Shown here: positions 12,734-23,353 of the stretch, one piece after another
How the letters are laid out: every line of letters starts with the position of its first letter
How positions within the stretch are numbered: position 1 is the stretch's first letter
Source: Macrostomum lignano
Taxonomy: Eukaryota
Assembly: GCA_002269645.1 (NCBI GenBank)
Contig: NIVC01003977.1
Location: forward strand, 2,880-66,879
Length of the DNA stretch: 64,000 nucleotides
Direction: 5' to 3'
The notes under the pieces: model-generated
Told to the model about the DNA's origin: nothing
What the model saw: the letters and a program-made list of their open reading frames with translations, nothing else
Database searches by the model: none
Program-made: the position numbers and the translations under genes

Positions 12734-13012
12734 CCTGATTGCAGCGCATGGGCATTTTGGCGGACGGCGTCCGGCGCGGATCTAATACGGCGCGGCGCGG
12801 CGCGTACGGCGCGCGGCGATTAGTACGGCGCGGCGCGGTACTAATTAGATGCCGAGGCATTTAGGCTTGATAAGACAGTCATAGTTACTCCTGCCGTTTA
12901 CCCAAAACTGCGTTAATTTTGCTTTAGAGTTTCTTTCATAGGTAAGTCATTTCACAGCGTGGCGCAGGTTGTGTAGGCGTCTGGCGTACTTAAGCCATGC
13001 GCTGCAATAGGG
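12734..13012. mobile_element. MITE, 279 bp, 18-bp imperfect TIR, 8-bp TSD
   Basis: Left end CCTGATTGCAGCGCATGG; right end reverse-complement CCCTATTGCAGCGCATGG (16/18). TSD CTATGGAA at 12726-12733 and 13013-13020. Internal CGGCG repeats. Confidence 0.8.
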
Positions 13013-14694
13013 CTATGGAATGAAAGCCAACTACTATTATATCTTAATGTCATTAGATTAAACATGAGAATTCAATGTTTGACATTTTGTATTGAAGTTG
13101 CTATTCTGACTGCCTTATGTTTTGAGCCCACGGAGGTACTGGAGATAGACATTGAGGGGGATCACTACAGAATCATTATTATAGTTGACAATGGCTTATT
13201 AGTTGAAGAAGATGAATTGGCTCTATATAGCAAAGTAGATAGACTGTCAGACATCTTGCCTAGGCCTAGCTCATTTGCCTTTCACTTGCAATTAGTTTAG
13301 TAACTAAAAAAAGTTTGCATAAGTTTCAAATGTTACTTTGCTATTTGTATATTAATTTTAAGGTGCATTATTGCATAGGCCTATTGATTGCAAGTTGCCT
13401 ATGGCAGAAATTCTCATTATCTTGTCTCACTTGTTGGCTAGACCATATAATATTAACATAGGCTTAACTATAATAGTTTGCTAGGACAAGATAGGCCAGT
13501 CTGATGACTAGGCCTAGCTTTATTTTTTGTGCAATAGGGATATTATAGCTATACATAGATAGGCCTATATAGCATATTTTGACTTTTAAAATTGCATCTT
13601 TAAATTGGATTGGACCTTGTTTGCAATTCTGCATCTTAGCATCCTGCCCTGCCCTATGCTTTCACTGTATTGAGCATTGCACTTGAATTGCTACCAGATT
13701 ATAACACTCCTATGCCATGCCACTAGGCTTACCATTTGCATTGCATTGCCATTGGGTCGACTCGACCTAGAGCTAGAGAAAGGGACTCCTGGCCCCTGGG
13801 TGGGTCCGCTGCCCACCTATATCTTTAAGTAGGCTTAAAGACCTATGGTAGGCCTAGGCCCTAGGGCCTAGCCGTCTAGGCCTGACTATTTATGGCTACG
13901 ATTCTATGAATGAAATTTTAAAGCTAGCTAAATTATTGCCAAATGCAGATGAACGCTTATAATAATAGGCACTAGGCTTAGGCTAGCTAGGGACTAGGCC
14001 AGGTAGGCCTATTATGGCCAATAGTATAGCCTGCTCTACTACTGGTATAGCCAATAGGCCCTAGGCCTATGTTATTCTTATAAATAATAGTTATAATACA
14101 CGAATCTTTAAATTCTTAGGTATAGGCCTAGTCAAATTTAGAGTCAAATGTAGCTCGAACACAACATAGGCCGTAGCTTTAGTTTAAGATAGGACTTAAG
14201 CTAAGAAATCTGAACTTTTTTAACTTCAACAAAATCCACATAACCTCGTCATACCTACGACATATATACGGATCCATAAATTTAAAAATGTTACAATGGG
14301 TAAAGTAAAGGTGGGTGGGGCCGTGGGTGGGGGTGGGTATATGATAATGTGCGCGTGCCCAATGGGACTTGGAATGGGAGTGGTCGGCTATTTACCACTG
14401 TTACCCCTGGCCCTGACTTTGGATAGAAAATTACTTTATGATTGTTGAGCGAGCGACGTACGCAACCGACCAGCCAGGTGGTTCCTTAGGTTCCCGTCTC
14501 CTCCATGACCGCACAGTCTTGCTGTCTTTCTTCTTTTAGAGCGGAAAAAATCGATAGTACTATCAATGTTACGAGCGTTCTATTAAAAATAATTTAGCTG
14601 TATTGTCAAATTGAATCTAAACGATTAATACGACCGTTTTAGCCAGATCGTTTAGTATTACTGTATTAGAATTAGATTTCCAACCAGCTGTAAC

Positions 14695-14891
14695 CAGGGG
14701 CGTAGCCAGGAATTTCCTTCAGGGGGGGGGGATACACCAAGGTGAATTTTCTACGGGGGGATACACCAAGGTAAAAGTGCTATGACAGAGTCACATGGTA
14801 GCATGTATAGCAACAAAGGGCAACAAAAAAGTTTTGGTCAGGCTCTTCGGGGGGGGGATACATCCCCCTATCCCCCCTCCCTACGCCCCTG
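14695..14891. mobile_element. hAT-like MITE, 197 bp
   Basis: TIR CAGGGGCGTAG / CTACGCCCCTG. Perfect 8-bp TSD GCTGTAAC at 14687-14694 and 14892-14899; a CAGGG start and 8-bp TSD are typical of hAT. Confidence 0.85.
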
Positions 14892-14974
14892 GCTGTAACC
14901 ACTGAAACAAGAATGGGAAGTTTGCCTGTGCCTGTAGCAAGTACTTGTAGCATGGCTAGAATCTTAATTTTGGT

Positions 14975-15117
14975 CAAGGGGGGTCGACTAGAGGGAGCAT
15001 TGGGGTCAAATAATTAAGGTGTTAAGCCCCCCTCAGGAATATCTCTTGGAAATAAATATCTCAGGAGTATCAGGAATTTAAGCCCCCCTCGCCCCCCGCC
15101 CTGGGACTCCGCCACTG
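14975..15117. mobile_element. Truncated hAT-like MITE fragment (right end only)
   Basis: Ends CCCCCC...CTCCGCCACTG (reverse-complement CAGTGGCGGAG, a hAT-MITE-like terminus). No matching left TIR or TSD found. Confidence 0.35.
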
Positions 15118-15729
15118 TAAACAAGGAAATCTCATCAATGTAGATTTTGAAAACAGTGCTGCTCAAACTATATTGAGCAAGCTAATGATAAGCGCACCTG
15201 AAATTCGACTTTATTTTCCGTAATTTTGTTACTTGTCTTCATATATTTTACAGAAATATGAAAATATAAAAAGCAGACTGACTGATATAATTCACAATTG
15301 AAAATAAAATACAAGAAAAAAGTATATCTGAAGGGGTGCATGCACAAAAGAGAACAAAGTGGGACATTGTACAACATACTACTTACACACAATTTGCGCG
15401 ATCCTTTGTTCCCAATTAATTGTGCCTATGCGCTGCACATGCTATAGACTGACCTAGCTGTCAATGCGGAAAATCTCAAATAAATGCAAAAACAGATATT
15501 ACACGACTCGATGATCTTGTTTAAAGTTTTCGTTGCTCCCAGTTAAATTCAGAATGCTGGGCACTGCACTACACACTCACTATAGCTTAATTGTATCTTA
15601 ACGAATAGTTGCCATCGAAGATTTAGATCTCAACAACTTATTGAGTTAATTAGTTGTTCATCCTAAAATGAAAGTTTCGGGTACCTCCTATCCAGCTCTA
15701 AGGCTGGATGATTAAATTTCGATCAATAA

Positions 15730-18700
15730 TTAAATTTCAAAGTACAGTTCGGAATCGCTGAACTGCAAGCCAACGCTGCCAGCTGAAACTCCTCTCTGCT
15801 CTCCAATGATGGCACCTCTGCCTCGGCCTCCGCGACCGCCCTGGCCTCGTCGACCGCCCTCCTGAGTGGACTCAACGTCTGCAACAGCTCGAGCTGAGGG
15901 GGCGACGCCTGCGCCGCCGAGTGTGGCGAGTTGGACCACGCCCGAGGTGGCGGCAGAGCACTGGCGCGAGGTCTGCGACGAGGTTGTTGGCGTGGTGTCC
16001 TCGCTACGCGGCCGGACCTGCATCCGGGGCCTGTTGAGTTTATGTTTCATGGTAACCAGTACTATCACCAGGATGAATCCGATGAGCAGGAGGCCGCCCA
16101 CCACCGAGCCGATGACCACTTCCATCAATGGGAAACTGCTTTCATTGCTTTCTCCAGTGTAGTACCTGTGTTGGGAAGTAAATTGTTTACACTAATAAAT
16201 AATCTGCCGAGCTCGTTGAGTTCACCAATTTCAACTCCTTAAGTCACTTATTTGAACACCCTGAGTCACTCATTTGAACTCCTCGAGTCACTGATTTGAA
16301 CTCCCTGAGTCAGAGTCACTGATTTGAACTCCCCGAGTCACTCATTTGAGCTCCCTGAGACACTCATTTGAGCTCCCTGAGTCACTCACTCATTTGAGCT
16401 CTGAGTCACTCATTTGAACTCCCTGAGTCACTGATTTTAACTCCCTGAGTCACTGATTTAAACTCCCTGAGTCACTGATTTGAACTCCCCGAGTCACTGA
16501 TTTGAACTCCCTGAGTCAGAGTCACTGATTTGAACTCCCCGAGTCACTCATTTGAACTCCCTGAGTCATTCACTCATTTGAGCTCCCTGAGTCACTCATT
16601 TGAACTCCCCGAGTCACTGGCTTTAACTCCCTGAGTCACTGATTTGAACTCGCCGAGTCATTGATTTGAACTGCCCGAGTCACTGATTTGAATTCCCTGA
16701 GTCACTCATTCGAGCTGCCTGAGTCACTCATTTGAACTCCTCGAGTCACTCATTTGAACTCCCTGAGTCAGTCACTGATTTGAACTCCCCGAGTCACTGG
16801 TTTGAACTCCCTGAGTCACTCATTTGATCTCCCTGAGTCACTCATTTGAGCTCCCTAAGTCACTCATTTGAGCTCCCTGAGTCACTCATTTGAGCTCCCT
16901 GAGTCACTCATTTGAGCTCCCTGAGTCACTCTTTTGAGCTCCTTGAGTCACTCATTTGAATTCCTGAGTCAATGAATCAAGGTCGCTACGGAAGTTAGCA
17001 TTTCTTATCGCTAAATAGCTTCTACTCACTCAACAGACGTGGCAGAATACTCAACTCCGTCGACTGTCACAACGAACGCACCGGAATTAACCTTCGTCTT
17101 AATCAGATTTAGTTTGCTGCTTGCATCCACTGAGGGAAAGATGATATTCAAGTTTTATTTTCATATTTTTGACAGCTGTCGTGTTTTTAATATACTACTT
17201 ATAGTAGTCAGTATAGTGCAACTCACTGCTTGGATCGGAATTCTCCCAATTTGCGATGACAGATCCGGGCTTCACCTCTATGACCGATATCTGATAGATT
17301 GAAATGCGAAACGCTTCCGCCAACGCCTTCTGCAGTGAGACTTTGAAATCCTTAATCAGAGCCTTGTCTACGAGCTGATAATAGTCCATCTTTTCAAACT
17401 TAATCGTGAATTTCACGGTTGGATCTGTGGAGAAAGTTCAGTTGTAGTTTGATTTGTATAATATAATAATGCTATCTAAAGCAGAACTTAGGGCTATATT
17501 GTGTTGAAAATTATAATAGAGAATAGTATTTTTGGCATAATTATTCCAGCAAAAAATCTTGATAATGCAGCTAAAATACATGTATTAAGCTTGTTTAAAA
17601 AGTTAGAACTCATACGGCTCGTACGACTTGAAAATGTGCACATGATAGAGGTTAAACCAAGACCAAGCTAAAAATGACTAAATAGGAGCGTATATCGACT
17701 GAATTGAGCGCAGAGTTAGCACGTCAGACATCGGCTACTGCAATGTTATACTTTTGTTATAATAATGCTCTGTTACTCTGCATGTGTTATAGTACTCTCG
17801 AGTTCAAACAAAAATGTTACAGTTCTACATCTATCTGATCTTGCAAATTGACTCTCACATTTTTCTTGCAAAGGTGTCGTCAGCTGCTGGCTCTTCTTCA
17901 TGGGATGAATCGAAACAGTCCTGAATTGAGCCTGAATTACTGATGCAGTTAGGAAAATAGTTGCTCGCCTATAGCGCCTAGCCAGCAATCTCATTTAAAT
18001 TTACAAAGAATTGCTTGTGAAAAAAGCTCAAAAGCTATTTTTCGTAAAGCGCAGAAGCTTTCCACGAAAGGAAAATGGATTTGAAAATAGAACCAGGCCA
18101 TTCGATTGCTTACTTGGAGTGGTTTCCATGGAAGACGGGGGAACTGTGGAGGCCGTTGTTGAAATGCTATTTTTAGCGCCACCGGTAGTAGAAGCAGAGC
18201 CCGCACCTGTGCTGGGAATTCTATCAATGGTAGTAGTGTCGCTGTCGCTTTTGCTTATGCCGATTTCTATTGTGCCTGACGAGGCTGTTTCAGCGATGCT
18301 GACTGTGCTGCCGACAGCTCCCTGCTGCCACGGAAATCCGGACAGAAGATCCAACACGGAGGACTGTCGCGGACAGACTAGACTGATGTGAACGCAGATA
18401 AGTTGGACACCGTCGCCAAATTCAACCTGAGCAGGTCTGGACTTAAAAGAGTCCGATAAGCAGGTGACTTGGAAGCCGTTACGCGTCACTGCATAAGAGG
18501 CGTCACTGGCATCGGGCTCTGCTGGGCACGCAACCGACAGGCACTCTGTCCAGCTCCTGTTCTGGCTTTGTATTTGTAGACTGCGCCAATTACCAGTTAG
18601 GTTGCACAATTCAGTATCCCTTGGCAGAACAGCGCTGCAATTTGAATCAGAAATGACACCGCAGCTACCAACGGACTTGTGCGAATGGTCCGGTCTTGAA

Positions 18701-20155
18701 GCGGAGCTTGATTCTGCGTCAGCCGAGCAAAACATTGAATTCGACTGCGATGGCCCCGAAGTTGGACAGCTCCACGAGAACCAACAACCGGCGCGACGGC
18801 CCCAAGAAAATCGATCGGCAAGGGAATAGTTGACGGTGTACCATCCCGAATCCTCAAGAAGCGCCAGGGTGCCCTCTCCAGACAGGAAACGCCAGTTGAA
18901 ACGGGCTGATGAGAGAACAGACGGAAACATAAAAACCGGATGCCACGCGCCAGAATTTGTCCCTGGCGCCAGCGGCACGCCGATACTACAGTTGAAATGC
19001 CGCTCAGCAAAGCTCTGGACTGACGCAGTTCGCACGAATGAGATGCCATTCTGCCTGACAAGTATGTCACGCTCTTGCAGAGTCTCCCAAGTGCCCAGCT
19101 CAGAAGGCGACGACTTCATCAATCTTTGAAATTCGGTCATCAGATTTCGAGAAAATCCCAGCATTCGAACTAATCCGGCCAAAATCTGTTGCAAAAGTCG
19201 GCCAGACCGAGAGGCCAGCTCAGAGTCAATCAGTCGAGGACACACGCGCAGAAGTCCCGCCACTGGCCGCCGGACCATCCATTGTTGCGAGCACTCTGTC
19301 CCTGTTATATCTCGAGCCTGCCAATAGTGAAGATGCAAACTTGATTACCGGATCAAGCCGACTCAGAATGTAAAGAATTGGATGCTGAAGACACAATAAC
19401 CAAGCCAACTCACAGATTCCGCACTGCAGAAGCTGCTCTGTTGGGTAGCAACAAAGAGAATGAAATTTGCGCCTGCTTCACCACCCGAACCAGCTGGATT
19501 AATAATCACTTTTGAGCTGTTGTAGACGGCAATTTCCGAGAGATATTCCTGAGGTATCTGTTGACCGATGTCGATAATGATCATTAAACTTCGGAACGAA
19601 AATACTTTGTCCATATTTAGTAACAAATTCAAGATCAGGTACACAAATGACCTACAGTTATGCATTAGCTCACTTACACGAAAAGTGTCGTCTGCTGAGC
19701 AGACCTCGCCTGTACTCATGTAGGTCTCATTTAACAGGCTGCACCTGTTACTTTCCATCCATTGTGAACAATAGGAGCGAGATCTGTTTAGCCGTATTGC
19801 TTGTCCAGGATTTAAATCGATTACTGAAATTATCGATCGATACTGATTGGCTCGGTGGGCTCCAAGTTATCAAAGGAATTCAATAAATCAATGGCCTGAG
19901 TTACAAACCTCTCAGCAAAGCTTCAAGCCGGCTTGCTGCCACTCGGACGGTTTCCCTGAGCAGGTAATCCTGCTCACTACTAAGCCCAGCATTGTCGAAG
20001 ACTTTCTGAATGCTCAGCTGAGGCCAGTTGGCATCCGTCAGAGGCTTCGCCCATCGCACGCAGCAGCACAGGCACAGCAGTAGCAGTTGCAGAGCCACAC
20101 ATCGCGACACCGGCAGCAGTGGCAGCAGCGACGGTGTCGACAGCCTGACGGCCAT
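15730..20155 (-). CDS. Leishmanolysin/invadolysin (peptidase M8)-like type I membrane protein, predicted catalytically inactive, with S/T stalk, SEA-like domain and TM helix; 824 aa
   Basis: Seven exons, all GT-AG and phase-compatible: 20155-19909, 19823-19678, 19557-19414, 19317-18114, 17424-17227, 17129-17030, 16165-15730 (2475 nt). Signal peptide MAVRL...LLLLCLCCC. M8 motifs IPQEYL, ANFILFV, RRPVAG..VCP, LGFS, RHFNC and TLALLEDSGWYTVNYSLADRFSWGRRAGC. SEA-like EVKPGSVI; TM VVIGSVVGGLLLIGFILVIVLV. Confidence 0.85.
16240..16975. repeat. 22-bp intronic minisatellite (GAGTCACTCATTTGAACTCCCT)n
   Basis: Visible array in the last intron of the M8-like gene. Confidence 0.95.
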
Positions 20156-21535
20156 TCAAGGCGGAATTTGCAGCCTCGACATTCGGTGCGTCCTCTTGTG
20201 TCACGCTTCTCCGGAAGCTCCCCGACTCGTCGGTATTAATTATGTCTGCTTCTTCTGCCAAGAAAGTTTGCCCAACGGTGTCTTCTGTAGATTGTCGGGT
20301 ATAATTGTAAGGCTTACAATAAAAAAGACTTGCGAGCGCCGCCAGGAAGAGGGGGCACCCCCGGCCCAATGTCAGCTTGTTAACGTGCGCGAGGCGACCC
20401 CATGGTTGTCATAACGCAACCAAAACAGAATGAGAATGTCCAACTGGGCCTGTACACCTGGGCCGGGGCAGCCCCCGCTCACCAGGGTTACTCAGTCAAC
20501 AAACTCATCTAGATGCTCAGCAAGTGCGCGACAATCTCTCTCCAGCGCGAACCACCCCTTCTTTTCCTCTCTTCTCTTCTTACCTGCCCGGGCGCACGGG
20601 AAGCACCCACTTGGCATTGGGTGTACAGAGAACGAACTTTACGTTGACTGCTCTGCTTTCAGTGTACTTAAAAATTGCCTGCTTTTTATCTTGCTGAGTG
20701 CATTTCTAGATAGCCTTCTCCTACCTAAGCAAAAACCTCTACGCTTTGGGACAGAATTTGCTTCCAGTGGGGTTGGCTCTCCGGAGTTCTGTATTGTCTT
20801 TCGTCTAAATACTTAGTTATGCAAGCAATTCTTGAACTCAGACTCCAAGTTTTCGCTTTACGTGTATATTTGCTTTCGTACGAGCGTACTCCGCAGCTGT
20901 ACTCAGTGTTTACTCAATTATAGATTTTAAACAGCTGAATAAAGTTTTAACCTGTACAGGTTTCTGCTAATAAAGGCTTAGAAATGAACAATATACACTG
21001 TAATGCTGTATATAGTCTCAGAAAAACCAACCGAAGAGAATAACTTGGTACTTCATACCTGCATTATGCTTCAAATACGTGTGTTTAGGAGCACTTGAAC
21101 ACTCTATGTACCAAAAGAGTCAAATCTAAAGCAAATTAATTCAAATTATGTCAAACAATTTCATGAATATGAATTTCATTTTGATTCCACACAGATGATA
21201 TAATCATGCGTAGCGCGGCTAATTGAAAATTACTATAGAGGCCGATATTAGTTGTTAGAATTATTACATGTACATGTACAGTGACTTCAAACAAAATAAA
21301 TTATCAAATTTTTCAACTATAGCTAGTCGCTTATGTACTGGTAATCTCTACTGGTATACATGTACATATGTAATTATTAGCTATCGTACATGCACATGAC
21401 ATCCAAGGTCCTTGACGACATCATCGGTGACATGCATGCAGTAATTATGTATAAAAATTTCTGCCATTAACAAAAGACTGCGCAGTAACAAAATGTTACA
21501 GCTGCATGCGGATGCGACTACATATGTTATATGTA

Positions 21536-23353
21536 TGTAACGCGCGGTATTTGGCAGTGTGAAAAAATCAACGAAAGCCCCGTGGGGCAGTGATGGCTAT
21601 ATTTATGCGAGTCAACGATGTACATAAAGAGAGCGAACGTACATTAAAATTCTTCAGCAAAATATTTGTCAATACGATACCAGTTCAATGACTGCCAATA
21701 AGGCAAGGAATAAAACCATTACATTTCTCTCCCCCACGAAACAAGAAAAAAACCGGAGGGAATTAAAACAGTAAACACGTCAGCAATATGAATCGTAAAA
21801 TTGAAACGCAGAACCTTTTAAAAAGCATGCATTCACGGTCTCTGACAGTCCATCACTCTCAGATCACTAAGTGCTCACACCAAAGAAGTCCGGAGGCCGT
21901 CGCTCCCGCTCTGGGTACCGCCGCTCGGCCTGGCTGGGCTCCGGTGCGAACTGGTGGGTCAGCGGCTGCTGGCGGAGCTGGACAGAGTCGGGCTGGGCTG
22001 CGAACCGCCTGCGCAGCCGGTTCACGTGCACCCAGCGGACCGGCCGGCTGCCGAAGGCGCGGCGGATGCACACCGAGTGGCCGCGCTGCTCAAGCACCGT
22101 CCAGCCCGCGGCTCCCAGTAGGGCGCCAGCTTCGAGCGCCGCGTCTCGATGCTGAGCAGCACCTCGGCGCCTTGCGGGAACTGCGGCAGGTCCGTAGCCT
22201 TCTTGTCGTGAGCCGCCTTCTGCTGCTGCCCGGCGGCTACCAGGTTCTCCTCGACGAACTCGCGGATCCGGGCCAGCCGCCGCTCCAGCTGTGCCGAGTA
22301 GGTGCCGATGTCGAACTGCCGCTCGCTGCTCTGAAACTGCGGCGGGAGCTGCGGGTCGCGGCCGGTCATCACCGTCATCGGCGCCACCTTGGTTGAGCTG
22401 TGGACCCTGGAGTTGTAGGACAGGACCACCAGCGGCAGCTGCTCCTCCCAGCTGGACTCGGTCTCGGCGAACAGCCTCAGCAGTTGCAGCAGAGACTTGT
22501 TGCCGCGCTTCAGTCCATTTCCCTGCGGATGATACGGTGTGGTGCGCGTCTTTCTGATGCCCAGAGCTCGCAGCGTCTCCTGGAACAGCTCGCTCTCGAA
22601 GTTCACGCCCTGGTCCGAGTGGATGATGGACGGGACTCCGAGCAGGGAGAAGACCTTCACTGCAGCGTCCGCAATGGTCTTGGCGGTCTGATCTGGCATC
22701 GGCACGGCGGTCAGGAACTTGGAGAACTGGTCCTGCATCACCAGTAGGTAGCTGTTGCCTCGGTCTGATGTCGGCACCTTCAGCACATCGATCGCCACCG
22801 TCTGCCAGGGCTTGCCGATCGGCATCTCACCGAGTGGGGCTGCGGGCCGGTGCTGCGCCTTTTTCAGCTGGCAGGTCTGGCACTCCTGGCAGAAACTCAC
22901 CACGTCGCTCTGCACCCCAGGCCAGTACGCGGTCTGCTTCAGCGTGTTGGCCATTTTCTCCGGTCCGAAGTGGCCGCCGATGCCCTCGTGAAAGTCAGTG
23001 AGGAACTGGCGCCGCAGCGACTCCGGAATCACAGGCACCTTCCTCGGTCCCGCAGCGTCGTTGAAGGCGCAACAGAGAAGGCCGTCTTAAATCCGCAACT
23101 TCCGCCAGATGCGTTTGCGGTTGCCGCATCTCTCGGTTGGACACCTGCGGTTGCCGCATCTCTCGGTTGGACACCTGCGGCTGCAGCTCTGTTGCCGAGG
23201 CTCCAAGCGTCTCGCAATGGCCCTCGTGCATCTTCGACAGGCCGACCGCCTCCACGTTGTCGACGCCCTTTGTGTACTTGATGGTGAAGGTGATTTCCAA
23301 TTCCAATAATATTGGCAATAACTGCCAATAAGGCAAGGAATAAAACCATTACA
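21536..23353 (-). mobile_element. Internally deleted Gypsy LTR retrotransposon (RNase H end + integrase, PPT, 3' LTR, 5' LTR stub)
   Basis: Integrase ORF 23038-22022 (HHCC zinc finger; TVAID, IHSDQG and YHPQGNG motifs; catalytic E apparently lost) continues by frameshift to 21867. RNase H-end motif FTIKYTKGVDNVEA. PPT GGGGGAGAGAAA (21735-21724) directly precedes TGTAATGG at 21723. An identical 33-bp LTR start lies at 23353-23321. Candidate LTR end at 21536 with 4-bp TSD TGTA. Confidence 0.85.

Noticed and set aside
13064-13300. 78-aa ORF, and similar short ORFs at 1504, 10527, 11732, 37293, 45807 and 53664
   Set aside because: No recognisable motifs, no consistent splice partners, and AT-rich or repeat-derived context.
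19980-20369. ORF 20369-19980 as the N-terminus of the M8-like gene, implying frameshifts
   Set aside because: It starts at TTG. ATG 20155 in another frame gives a signal peptide, and the apparent frameshifts resolve as short GT-AG introns.
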